Source: an uncultured Gammaproteobacteria bacterium (GTDB lineage Bacteria > Pseudomonadota > Gammaproteobacteria > SZUA-140). Taken from it: 64,000 nt of DNA. The translations under genes and the position numbers were made by a program. This document shows positions 38,382-48,176 of this stretch, one piece after another (position 1 is the first letter of the stretch; every line of letters starts with the position of its first letter). The stretch is taken from the NCBI GenBank assembly GCA_947258425.1, contig CAMYIG010000001.1, positions 866 to 64,865 of the forward strand, given 5' to 3'. Below the pieces are notes generated by a model that saw nothing but the letters and a program-made list of their open reading frames with translations, had not been told where the DNA came from and did no database searches.

Positions 38382-39331
38382 TAATCCTCAATATGCATGC
38401 CACGCTCGATGTATTCTTGATACGTCACGACCTCAAGCTCATCATCCACTAACAGATCCAGCATCTCTTCAAAACCAGGAATCTTTTTAATATCCATCGG
38501 GTCCATATAAATATTGATGTACGAACCGGTCTGTTTTCCCATCTCGATCAGATCTTTAAAAAGCCCCAGATAATCCTCTGGCCCGCGATGGATTAATCGA
38601 TGAGATAATCTTTGTGCATTTAATGAATGCCAGGTATCGAAAACGGTAAATGGATGTTTGGGACAGGTGCTGAGTGGAATTTCAATAATCCCGTCACTCG
38701 CCATATATGGCAGCCCTGATGTGGTTGTATTTGTCAGCCAGGTCGATGAAGAGTAGGTATAATTCAGCTCTTTAAGAATTGAATAGATCTCGTCAGTAAA
38801 CAGGTTTTTAAAGTGCGGAATGCGTAGTCCAGTCGGCTCAACACCTAACACTCGCTGACATATCTCATGACACCGCGCGACCTCTTCCACCTTTTCATCA
38901 CGCGAGATATCTTTAAACTTTCGTCCTGGATTTAATAACTCGTTATCAGGGTGGGAATAGGTGTGGTTCATCAACTCATGCCCACCCAATAATACCGATT
39001 CATGCTCTTTGGGGTAGTCTTCTATCCAATGTCCCACTGCTGCAAAGGTTGCCTTAAAAGGATAAGGCTCCATCATCTTGACGATATCGGGTAACGCCTC
39101 AACATCCTCTGGATAATCACAATCAAAAGATAATGTGAAACAAGCCTTCTTCCCGTTCCACAATGACCTGCCTTTATTAACATTATAAATGGATCTGACA
39201 AACGCCTTAGGAAAGGTAAATGTAATCAGTCCAATCAGTGGAAGATTGTGATTTTGTGTTGAAATCCATCGATAAAGTCCACTTGGAATTTTCACAGTAG
39301 CGCCCCTGTATTTATTGCTTATCAAGCGCAA
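38381..39331 (-). CDS. Polysaccharide deacetylase (CE4/NodB-like, divergent)
   Basis: CFTLSFDCDYPED (variant of TFDDG), GHELMNHTYSHP (H-S/T-x-x-H motif) and RIPHF. Confidence 0.65.
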   Translation of the reverse strand: MRLISNKYRGATVKIPSGLYRWISTQNHNLPLIGLITFTFPKAFVRSIYNVNKGRSLWNGKKACFTLSFDCDYPEDVEALPDIVKMMEPYPFKATFAAVGHWIEDYPKEHESVLLGGHELMNHTYSHPDNELLNPGRKFKDISRDEKVEEVARCHEICQRVLGVEPTGLRIPHFKNLFTDEIYSILKELNYTYSSSTWLTNTTTSGLPYMASDGIIEIPLSTCPKHPFTVFDTWHSLNAQRLSHRLIHRGPEDYLGLFKDLIEMGKQTGSYINIYMDPMDIKKIPGFEEMLDLLVDDELEVVTYQEYIERGMHIED

Positions 39332-40493
39332 AGTTCAACGAAACCTTTGCATTATTAAACCAGTTATGGGTTTCAACCACATGTTGTCTTGCAGCAACAC
39401 CCATCTGATGAGTTAGTTCATCACTCGACAGGAGTTTACTTAAACATTTCTCCAGTGAAGCGACATCTTTTTTATTGAAAATCAGCCCTTGTTTGCCATC
39501 TTCAATGGCATCCAGTAGTGGCCCGTAATCCGGCCCAACCACAGGCTTGCACATGGACATGTATTCAAAAATCTTCATCGGTGAGCCATAGTCATTTGAA
39601 TCCGGCATCACGCCAATCGTGAACGCAGACATATAGTGGGGAAGTTCAGCATGGTTCACCTTGCCAGCAAAAATGACATTCGCTAACAAACCTAATCGCT
39701 CCACCTGCACCTCAATTTTCTCACGTTCAGGACCATCGCCAATCAGCAACAACATAGTCTCTGGATTATTTTCCACAACCTTAGCAAAGGCGTTAACGAG
39801 TAAATCCAGACCATGCCAGGGATAAAATCCGCCGACAAAACCAACCACTTTTTTCCCGGCTAAAGAGGTACCCTTTACCTCCGCAATAGCGGGAATATCT
39901 GGAGAGAATTTATCCGGATAGGCCGCATTTGGTACCACCAGAATTTTCTCCTCGCTCATTCCGTAATCATTTATCAGGTGCGCTTTTAAATGGCTAGAGA
40001 CAGCAATTAAGGTCGTCGCCTGACAAAATATTAGCTTATCGACCCATTTCGCCAGCGGCATTAGTAATGCACTCCTTTTACGTACTAAAGCAGTTTTCGC
40101 GGTATAATTCACCTCGATAATCAACGGTACTTTCCATATCCGGGAATAGAGCGCCCCCGCTACCGCGAATATAGCGTAACGCTCATAAATTGCGCCATAA
40201 CTTTTGCCTCTCGACGCGCTTCTCACATTAGCGATCGCAATAGCATTGTAGGCAATCTCAGCCAACTCAAAAACAGCAGAAGGTGAGTACTGGCTAATTA
40301 CTTTAAACAATCGGCTTTTAAACGATGGTCGCTGTTCACTTGCGACTGCTGGCTGATCAGATTGCCTGTCACCACCCACCGGAGAGACAACATTAACTTC
40401 ATGCCCAAGTGCCGTCAGGCCATCGATAATGCCCCAGATATGCACACCTTCGACACCGCCCCCCTGGGTTCTATGCAGATAAAGTATATTCAT
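39312..40493 (-). CDS. Glycosyltransferase family 4
   Basis: MNILYLHRTQGGGVEGVHI...VVGFVGGFYPWHGLDLLV...LLLIGDGPE...SPMKIFEYMSMCKPVVG. Confidence 0.8.
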   Translation of the reverse strand: MNILYLHRTQGGGVEGVHIWGIIDGLTALGHEVNVVSPVGGDRQSDQPAVASEQRPSFKSRLFKVISQYSPSAVFELAEIAYNAIAIANVRSASRGKSYGAIYERYAIFAVAGALYSRIWKVPLIIEVNYTAKTALVRKRSALLMPLAKWVDKLIFCQATTLIAVSSHLKAHLINDYGMSEEKILVVPNAAYPDKFSPDIPAIAEVKGTSLAGKKVVGFVGGFYPWHGLDLLVNAFAKVVENNPETMLLLIGDGPEREKIEVQVERLGLLANVIFAGKVNHAELPHYMSAFTIGVMPDSNDYGSPMKIFEYMSMCKPVVGPDYGPLLDAIEDGKQGLIFNKKDVASLEKCLSKLLSSDELTHQMGVAARQHVVETHNWFNNAKVSLNFALDKQ

Positions 40494-40535
40494 AAAATTT
40501 CAGACTTAATGCACCATCGCTCACTGTTCATCCCT

Positions 40536-41177
40536 TCACCCTTTCAATAATTCCGAGACTGTCACTGACTGCAGCCCACTCGCCGCGAGCTGATCTAATA
40601 ATGATTTGAGTGCCAATGGGGTATATGGTGTCTTATCGTGCAAAAGAGCAATATCACCAGCGATTAGTGGATGTTGCTCAAAAAAATCCGTAATCTCATC
40701 AGCAGAGGTTACTTTATAGTCCTCTGGATCCACATTCCATAATATGGCTTTCTGCCTTTTAGCTAAAATATACCGAAGTAATCCCAATGTAATCACCCCT
40801 TTAGGCGGCCGAAAAAGTGACCGGCTCTCAGGCGCCTGGTCGTCAGACCTAAGTAGCTCCCACACATCATCAAGTTCATCGCTTATCGCATGGTAGCCCA
40901 ATAAGCTGAACTCGGGGTGCGTCATAGAATGGTTACCTAATTCATGGCCTCGTGCTTCAATCATTTTCGTTATTTCAGGATATTTCTTAACCTGCTCTCC
41001 CACTACGAAAAATGTTGCCTTCATACCCGCCTCATCCAGCACATCCAGCACCTGTTCTGTATAGGGGTGGAATGGACCGTCATCAAAGGTCAGCGCGACC
41101 TTTTCAGCACCTGTTGTTGAACGGCAAACAAGAAAATGAGACAAGATAACTTCTTTTACCCATTTCTTAAGGTTCAT
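40536..41177 (-). CDS. Polysaccharide deacetylase (CE4/NodB)
   Basis: VALTFDDGPFHPYTEQVLDVLDEAGMKATFFVVG, GHELGNHSMTHP, RPPKG and LLHD. ATG at 41177 (MNLKKW...) preferred over the longer ORF start at 41249, which would lie deep inside the upstream gene. Confidence 0.85.
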   Translation of the reverse strand: MNLKKWVKEVILSHFLVCRSTTGAEKVALTFDDGPFHPYTEQVLDVLDEAGMKATFFVVGEQVKKYPEITKMIEARGHELGNHSMTHPEFSLLGYHAISDELDDVWELLRSDDQAPESRSLFRPPKGVITLGLLRYILAKRQKAILWNVDPEDYKVTSADEITDFFEQHPLIAGDIALLHDKTPYTPLALKSLLDQLAASGLQSVTVSELLKG

Positions 41178-42387
41178 AACCGTTATCCTGTAATTGATCA
41201 AAAACCTTGATATACGCTTGCGCAGTACTATCCCAGTTCGCCCAGGCAACGGTCTCGGTGATCGCTAGCGGGTCCCACTGTTTATGGATAACATCAAATA
41301 ACCCCTGAGCAAGCTCATTGGCATCTTCTTTCTGCACCAACAGACCGTTACTACGATTAACCAATTCAGGAATCCCGCCAACATTTGATGCTATCGCCGG
41401 TAACCCACATGCAAACGCTTCAATCAAAACACTTGGGCGTCCCTCCATGCGGCTGGGCAGGCACAGGGCATCAGACACCTTCATCCAACGATGAATCTCA
41501 TCGTGCTGCATCGTGCCTAAAAAACTAACACTCTCAGAAAGATTATTATCTCGCACATAATTCTCTAGTAATTGACGCTGTGGGCCATCGCCAATCAAAT
41601 GGGTATAAAAATTGAGCATACCCTTATTTTTCAACAACAATAAAGATTCCAGTAAAACATCAAGCCCCTTTACCTCATGGAGCCTGCCTACGAATAGCAG
41701 AAATTTTTTATCATGATCCAGGTTCAACATTGACCGAAGACGCAATTTTTCTTCTGCAATAAAATTGAATCGATTGGAATCCACACCATCTGATATAAAA
41801 ATACCTTTTTCTTTCGGCAAGCCTATTTCAATCACTCGATCCAATAACGCCTGACTCTTCGTTGTTACCATTCTGGATTTCGTAAACGCCCACCGTAACT
41901 GCGGCTTACTCCACCAGATATTGCTATAGACATTGATGTCAGAACCCAGCGTCGTCTGCACAACAGGAATTTTTAGTAAGATGCCTAGCAACGTCGCAGC
42001 GATTCCCGCAGGATAAATAAAATGCGCGTTGATTACATCAAGCCCTTTTTCATCGCGGATACGCTTCAGCACACGATAGCTTCCTAATACCATCCACAAT
42101 GCCTGAATAGCACGAAATACAACTGGCACATATAAATACTTCGGATAGTAAATCGTTATACCGTCACGTTCATCACACTCGGGGAGTCCAATAAATTCGG
42201 ACCACGCACGATTATTACGTAGAAATGTCAGATTGGGGCACCACGGGACTGGGCACACGACGGTTACATCTGAATATTTCTGTAGCGCCTTAACAAGCTC
42301 CACATTAAAAGTGCCACCCGCGATATCATTCCGGGTCGGAAACTCCCGGGTGAAAATAACAATTTTTTTATTATTCTGAGATTCCAT
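41167..42387 (-). CDS. Glycosyltransferase family 4
   Basis: KKIVIFTREFP..., LLFVGRLHEVKGLDVLL, LIGDGPQR, LPSRMEGRPSVLIEAFACGLPAIASNVGGIPE. Confidence 0.85.
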   Translation of the reverse strand: MESQNNKKIVIFTREFPTRNDIAGGTFNVELVKALQKYSDVTVVCPVPWCPNLTFLRNNRAWSEFIGLPECDERDGITIYYPKYLYVPVVFRAIQALWMVLGSYRVLKRIRDEKGLDVINAHFIYPAGIAATLLGILLKIPVVQTTLGSDINVYSNIWWSKPQLRWAFTKSRMVTTKSQALLDRVIEIGLPKEKGIFISDGVDSNRFNFIAEEKLRLRSMLNLDHDKKFLLFVGRLHEVKGLDVLLESLLLLKNKGMLNFYTHLIGDGPQRQLLENYVRDNNLSESVSFLGTMQHDEIHRWMKVSDALCLPSRMEGRPSVLIEAFACGLPAIASNVGGIPELVNRSNGLLVQKEDANELAQGLFDVIHKQWDPLAITETVAWANWDSTAQAYIKVFDQLQDNGYEP

Positions 42388-42390
42388 ACA

Positions 42391-43533
42391 TCAAGCACCG
42401 GAACGATAAGCTTTTTCATAAAGCGAACTATAACGAGTAATCATAGCACTTTTACTAAAATGACTTTCGACGACGGCCCGACCCTCATTTCCCATCGCCT
42501 CTCTTTTTTTCTCATCTTCCACTAATTCAAGCACTTTCAGAGACATCGTATCAGCATCGCCAACCGGCGTAAGTAGCCCACTAACATGATTCTTTACCAA
42601 CTGAGGATTTCCACCCACATCTGTGGCTATTACTGGTAATGCACTACTCATTGCTTCGAGAATACTTAGGCTCATCCCTTCGCTTATTGAGGAGACCATA
42701 TAGATATCCATCGCGCAATAATAGGGGCTCACATCTTCCTGCTCACCTGCAAAAATAACATTATTTTCTACCTTGGCACTCCTTACAAACTGCTCCAGTT
42801 CTTCACGCAGAATGCCATCTCCTACAATGATGAGCTTTATATCACTTCTGAGGTTTGTAATTAATGCTAACGCGGCAATCATTGTCTTATGATCTTTGAC
42901 TGGCACCAGCCGACCAATCGTACCTAATACAATGTCACTGTTATTAATTCCCAGACTTTCACGAACTTGACCGCCAACAACCGCATCCTTTGCAAATCGT
43001 TTAGTATCTACGCCATTCGGTACTACCTGAATATTGTTACTGTCGATACCAGAATCTTCAATCATCACTTTTCTGACCTGATCTGATACAGTCACCACGC
43101 TATCTGTAAAGTAGGTCAAACATCTCTCCAATATAAAGCGATGTTTCTTTTTTGCTGTTTCATTGGAGTGCGCCGTATACACTACCCGTGTACCACGACA
43201 AAGTAGAGCGGCAACTACAGAATACAGCCACGCGGAATAGTTATTGCTATGAACAACGTGAATTTTCTGTTCTTTTATAAATCGAATTAATTTGAAAAAT
43301 AAAAAAAGATCTATCCCTTCTTTTTTATCAAACACATGCACAGGCACTTTTGCCCTCTGTAGGTCTTGCTCTAAAACACCACCACCCTCGAATACCGCAA
43401 CCTGCACTGAATATTTATCATTTTCAAGGCCCGAAACCATTTCAACGATCATCCGCTCGATACCACCCATGCCCATTGAGTGATTAACAAACAGCAAATT
43501 AATTTTCTGTGAGGAAACCACCGATTTGCTCAT
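42391..43533 (-). CDS. Glycosyltransferase family 4
   Basis: INLLFVNHSMGMGGIERM, LGTIGRLVPVKDH, IIVGDGILRE, VSSISEGMSLSILEAMSSALPVIATDVGGNPQ. Confidence 0.85.
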   Translation of the reverse strand: MSKSVVSSQKINLLFVNHSMGMGGIERMIVEMVSGLENDKYSVQVAVFEGGGVLEQDLQRAKVPVHVFDKKEGIDLFLFFKLIRFIKEQKIHVVHSNNYSAWLYSVVAALLCRGTRVVYTAHSNETAKKKHRFILERCLTYFTDSVVTVSDQVRKVMIEDSGIDSNNIQVVPNGVDTKRFAKDAVVGGQVRESLGINNSDIVLGTIGRLVPVKDHKTMIAALALITNLRSDIKLIIVGDGILREELEQFVRSAKVENNVIFAGEQEDVSPYYCAMDIYMVSSISEGMSLSILEAMSSALPVIATDVGGNPQLVKNHVSGLLTPVGDADTMSLKVLELVEDEKKREAMGNEGRAVVESHFSKSAMITRYSSLYEKAYRSGA

Positions 43534-44792
43534 ATAATTTCCTTAACCGCTGCCAACCAAATCATAAATATCAAGCCAAACATGCCCGATATAATTATCA
43601 ATAAATCCTTTTTTGATAATGAAACCACTGGAACTTGATCCGATTCTTTACGTGCAACCAGATATGCAGCCGCAGACAAACCCAGCACAAAATAGAGCAG
43701 GTCAAGTTCCATTACGACAAAAAACGTAGTGGCCAGGTAACCTATTAGCGCCGCTGTTAGCATTCCATTTGCAGCCACTATTCGCCCATCAAGTCCCTCT
43801 ACCTGCTTGCTTACATAGTAATTACCTTTAAAGCTAAACCACAAAATTGCAGTAAAACAGAAAAACCCAAGCAATCCTAACTCTGCAAAATTCTGCACAT
43901 AATTATTATGAGCGATCAGCTTCAATTCAGAGGCCGCAGCAAACTGCCCTCGTCCAATACCTAATAATGGGTTATCGACCAACATTTCGAGCCCTTGCTC
44001 CCATAGCCATACCCGCTCACCGGCAGATGACTCCGAAGAACTCACTTCGCTCATTCTAGAAGGTCCGACAAGTACGATCGCAGAAATGACAGCAACACCT
44101 AACAGTACCGCCTTCCAGAGCTTAAAATAACTTTTAAAATAAAAAATAAGTGCGCAAATCACGGCAAGTACTGCGCCTCTTGAATTTGTGAAATATATCG
44201 CGTACATAAACAGCCCAAAAAGTCCCATACCAAACAACTTTACACCCAGCGAATTAGTCTTTCTTGCGAATAGATCGATAGACATTGCTGCCGAGATAAC
44301 AAATAGCAGCCCATACACATTTGGGCCGTCCCAATCGCCATACCAACGCACTCGTATTTCGGTATAGCCAGGATAAGAAGTAAGTCCACCCCAGCTTTCA
44401 CCGGTAAGCGCTTGCAAAATCGCCTGATACGCAAGGAATATCGACATCAAAAATACCATGTAAACAACTGATATTAATTTTTCTTTGGTATTTACTAGCC
44501 ATACGACCATAATAAAAACTAATACGCGTTTAAGAAAAATAATAAACTGCTCTATCGCGGTCCCTGCATCCACAGAAATAAATGTAGACAGAAAAATAAC
44601 CACTAAATAGAAAACAAGTAATTTAATTTGTGGGATCTGGAATTCTGAAGGGTTTTGTGAATAATTCATAAACCCAATCACTAACCCCAGTGGGATCAGA
44701 ATATCATTCGTGGGCATCCCCATGAGTGACGGCACCCAATCCTGAGGCCTCACATATAGCGAGACCAGATATAAAAATATAATTATGCGCAC
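43530..44792 (-). CDS. O-antigen ligase/polymerase-like (Wzy_C) integral membrane protein; candidate exosortase A-associated O-glycosylation ligase
   Basis: About 10-12 predicted TM segments. FTNSRGAVLAVI loop and a large periplasmic loop with ERVWLWEQGLEML..NPLLGIGRGQF are typical of the Wzy_C/O-antigen ligase family. Confidence 0.7.
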   Translation of the reverse strand: MRIIIFLYLVSLYVRPQDWVPSLMGMPTNDILIPLGLVIGFMNYSQNPSEFQIPQIKLLVFYLVVIFLSTFISVDAGTAIEQFIIFLKRVLVFIMVVWLVNTKEKLISVVYMVFLMSIFLAYQAILQALTGESWGGLTSYPGYTEIRVRWYGDWDGPNVYGLLFVISAAMSIDLFARKTNSLGVKLFGMGLFGLFMYAIYFTNSRGAVLAVICALIFYFKSYFKLWKAVLLGVAVISAIVLVGPSRMSEVSSSESSAGERVWLWEQGLEMLVDNPLLGIGRGQFAAASELKLIAHNNYVQNFAELGLLGFFCFTAILWFSFKGNYYVSKQVEGLDGRIVAANGMLTAALIGYLATTFFVVMELDLLYFVLGLSAAAYLVARKESDQVPVVSLSKKDLLIIISGMFGLIFMIWLAAVKEII

Positions 44793-44829
44793 TGAATAGT
44801 ACCCCGCGCATCCATTCCAACCATCACCA

Positions 44830-46293
44830 TCACAAAAACTTTTCCTTCAATGATGAGGCTCGAACAGCTAACTCTTTAAACATCCCCCTTACCTTGCTAT
44901 CAATCAGGTACAACACCAGCACAAATCCGAGAATCAGACCCGTTTTCACAACAATACCCCAAATTATTTCTGCCGGAACAAGAAACAGGCTAAGCACATA
45001 GAAAGTTATTGCGACTAACGTGACAATGAGCGACCTTACATGCAGGTATGACACAGGGTAAATTTTCTGCGACACGTAGAACGTAAGAAAAGAGAAAATG
45101 ACACCAGAAATAATAAACATGGTTGCCGCGCCGTACACTCCCATCAACTGGATGAGGATAAAATTTCCGGCCACATCAATCACGAAAACAACCATACTGA
45201 TATACAATATATATTTGGTCTTTTTCTGATATAAAAGACCGGTTTGATAGCAATATGACATTTCTCGAGCGGCCACACCCACTAACAAAAGTGGGACAAC
45301 TGAACTTGCAGTCCAAAACGCCTCGCTCGAAGCTATCACTAAAACATCTGATGCAAATAAAGATATGCCTAGCGCAACAAAAGAAACCGCTACGACAAAA
45401 TAATGGGTGACGACTATCTGAATATCCTTAGCATCATCCTGATTCATTATTGAAAATCTAAATGGACCGTAGACCCTCTGAAATGGTTCTACCAGCATAA
45501 ATCTCAATAACAGACCAAACTTCATTGCAAGCCCGTAAACACCAACGGCTTCTAATGATGCATAGGTACGCAACATCACTTGCCCAACATTAATCATCAG
45601 CACCATCACAATAGCGCTACCCGCAAATGGTACGCTGTACTTTATGACTGGAATGGCCTTGGCAAGATCAAAACTGAAGCCACAGTGTCTAATCACGTAG
45701 AAAATTAATATTGTACCAACCAGCCCAGCACATATTAAATTAGCTTTTAATACACCAACAATTCCTTCTTCCCAATAGGCCACAAACAACACACTAAAGA
45801 CCAACTGTGTTATCAACTTTGCAATGGATAATAAAACATAAAAAATAGAGAGTTCTTTTGCTCTGAGGTATGCATAACCGATTTCTGAACTTAACTCGAT
45901 CACTATAATAACTAAAACAAGCTGTAATGCTTTCTCATACCCACTATCACCGAGCAAAAGCACTGTCATTTCTGGCACCCAGCTAGCCAGCAATAGAACC
46001 CCAGCAATGGACAACCCTAATGATGTAAATAGATTTGTGGTAATAACAGCATTACGATCTTTTTTACTTTCGTAATCAAAATAGAATCTTAATGTTGCAT
46101 GTGATAACCCAGCGCCAAGCAGTACCGATAGCGTTGCACTACTCGCGTAGAGTAGCTCTAGTGCGCCATACTCTGATAGTGAAAGATAATGCGTATATAA
46201 AGGAAGTAAGACGAAAGCCCCAAGCCTGTTAATTGCATTGCCAATCCAGTATATCGCACCGTGATGAAGCAGACGCTGTATGTCCTTCTTCAT
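44830..46293 (-). CDS. Polysaccharide flippase (Wzx/MOP superfamily)
   Basis: 487 aa, highly hydrophobic with about 12-14 TM segments. N-terminus LLHHGAIYWIGNAINRLGAFVLLPLYTHYLSLSEYG is typical of Wzx/polysaccharide biosynthesis proteins. Confidence 0.75.
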   Translation of the reverse strand: MKKDIQRLLHHGAIYWIGNAINRLGAFVLLPLYTHYLSLSEYGALELLYASSATLSVLLGAGLSHATLRFYFDYESKKDRNAVITTNLFTSLGLSIAGVLLLASWVPEMTVLLLGDSGYEKALQLVLVIIVIELSSEIGYAYLRAKELSIFYVLLSIAKLITQLVFSVLFVAYWEEGIVGVLKANLICAGLVGTILIFYVIRHCGFSFDLAKAIPVIKYSVPFAGSAIVMVLMINVGQVMLRTYASLEAVGVYGLAMKFGLLLRFMLVEPFQRVYGPFRFSIMNQDDAKDIQIVVTHYFVVAVSFVALGISLFASDVLVIASSEAFWTASSVVPLLLVGVAAREMSYCYQTGLLYQKKTKYILYISMVVFVIDVAGNFILIQLMGVYGAATMFIISGVIFSFLTFYVSQKIYPVSYLHVRSLIVTLVAITFYVLSLFLVPAEIIWGIVVKTGLILGFVLVLYLIDSKVRGMFKELAVRASSLKEKFL

Positions 46294-46294
46294 A

Positions 46295-48130
46295 TCAGTA
46301 CGGTTTATTATTAGAATTGTTATTTTCTTGGATATCTATTGCTTCGATCATTCGAATAAGTACTTCTTTAATGTTCTCGCGCGCAAAATCAGGATGGGAC
46401 TTTAATCCTGATGAAACTCTATCGCGTAGATGAGTTAACCAAAACAAACACTTAAGCGGAAATAAAAGTTCTGTGGGCAGCGCATACTTAGCGCATGCCA
46501 TTTCAATAAGATCTTTATAAAAAACGTCTGTTTTTCCAGGAAGCAGAATATTTTTATATACATCAGCCAACGACTGCCCTGTTTCAGATGAAATCCTGTA
46601 CAGAATCAGCGTATAGATATCCAGTAGTGGCATGCCATTCTTTTCAGACATATCCCAGTCGATAATTCCGCCAAGCTGGCCATCATCTAAAAAGAGAATA
46701 TTACCTAGCTTATAATCACCGTGAGACCTGACAAATGGAATATTTTTATCCTTAAAGGCCCCAAACAAAAACTCACCTATTATAGACAGCAGGGGCTTCA
46801 CATCATCATCACATAAGGCTGCCAATGGTGATATTGCGCCAACAATAAATTGATTAATTAATATTTCATCGAACGCTCTATTTTTTACTCCATTCATTTG
46901 CATATCAATAAAAAGCTCGCAAGATTGCATTATCATCAACTCTGCTTTCTCACCAAAGCCGTCTAACTCCTTCCCTCGTATTTTCTCTTCAATGATATAA
47001 CCCTTAGACTCTTGAACTTTATCTACGTAAAGTCTTGGAACAAAGCCTGAAAATATTTCATTTGATAATGCCTTAAGTGCATCAGCATTTCGCTGTACTG
47101 CCATTAAACCTTCAGACGTCCTTGGATGGCGCACGACAATATCTCGATCATTTTCATCCTCAGGGCCGACTATCAGAATGGTAACGCCAGAGTTCCCAGC
47201 AACAATTTTCTTTACAACTACGCGGCCTACCCCCCAATTAAGCATTACACCTATCCGCTCAGACTCAATAACTTCATCAATGACTCGCTTATGAGATACC
47301 CGAGAAGCAATCAGCATAAAGGATGGCCAAAGATTTGATGGTAAAAAGCGATGTTTTATATACTGCTTAATTTTATAGAATGCGCTCATGCAGTACACAC
47401 TCAAATCGCCTAAACTACCATTTTTCACAAACACGGGAAGCGGCATAAAACTAGATGTGTAATAAAAATCGCCAATATACTTATCTATAATACTATATTG
47501 CTGGCAGGATAAAATCCGCTTTAAACGCTTAACGGGGACTCCATTCAATTCTTTATCACGTGAAACCCCATGCAAATTGTGCAACCAATCTCGATAGTTT
47601 TGAGCATTATTATCGATAATAACGAGTGAACCATTCAGAGATAACAAAGCCTTACTGTTAGCTACAAATATGCGGTAGCGGTCACATACGCTCATCTCAC
47701 TTTGAAATGAACGGCTATTACTTACATGCAACAATATAACAAGTGAAACAGCTTCAGCGGCTATAGGTAGTGGCTTAGACAAATCAGCCTGCACTGGAAT
47801 CACATTATCCACTGATTTTTTCAGTGCCTCACGCTTTACCTTCATCAACGCATTCACATCACTATGAATGGCAATTACAGTTAAAAAATGCGGTGCAAGT
47901 TTACATGAGATATTTCCATCCGTATCATCGATCACTAACGCAACACTCTGGTTCTTCACATAATGTGGTAACAGCGGCAACCAGAAGGCGTGATCCGCGT
48001 TCGACTTCCCTAATAAATCTTTATACTGCGAAAAGCTCTCCGATTGATCCAGCATTGAACGTAGTGAATCCTGACAATCAGTTATGTCACCACTAGAATC
48101 GCAATAATTTTCTGGATAACTCTCTTTCAC
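46295..48130 (-). CDS. Two-domain protein: degenerate Rossmann/methyltransferase-like N-half plus protein-kinase-like phosphotransferase (APH/ChoK-like) C-half
   Basis: C-half: FVRSHGDYKLGNILFLDDGQLGGIIDWDMS (HGDxxxxN...IDWD catalytic/Mg loop of APH/choline-kinase-like enzymes). N-half: SVALVIDDTDGNIS...VIAIHSD...VSLVILLHV resembles a class I MTase fold but lacks the GxGxG motif. Confidence 0.55.
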   Translation of the reverse strand: MKESYPENYCDSSGDITDCQDSLRSMLDQSESFSQYKDLLGKSNADHAFWLPLLPHYVKNQSVALVIDDTDGNISCKLAPHFLTVIAIHSDVNALMKVKREALKKSVDNVIPVQADLSKPLPIAAEAVSLVILLHVSNSRSFQSEMSVCDRYRIFVANSKALLSLNGSLVIIDNNAQNYRDWLHNLHGVSRDKELNGVPVKRLKRILSCQQYSIIDKYIGDFYYTSSFMPLPVFVKNGSLGDLSVYCMSAFYKIKQYIKHRFLPSNLWPSFMLIASRVSHKRVIDEVIESERIGVMLNWGVGRVVVKKIVAGNSGVTILIVGPEDENDRDIVVRHPRTSEGLMAVQRNADALKALSNEIFSGFVPRLYVDKVQESKGYIIEEKIRGKELDGFGEKAELMIMQSCELFIDMQMNGVKNRAFDEILINQFIVGAISPLAALCDDDVKPLLSIIGEFLFGAFKDKNIPFVRSHGDYKLGNILFLDDGQLGGIIDWDMSEKNGMPLLDIYTLILYRISSETGQSLADVYKNILLPGKTDVFYKDLIEMACAKYALPTELLFPLKCLFWLTHLRDRVSSGLKSHPDFARENIKEVLIRMIEAIDIQENNNSNNKPY

Positions 48131-48176
48131 ACCCTATCCTATAAACAATTATTTACCAGAAAGCATTAGCTTTAAA

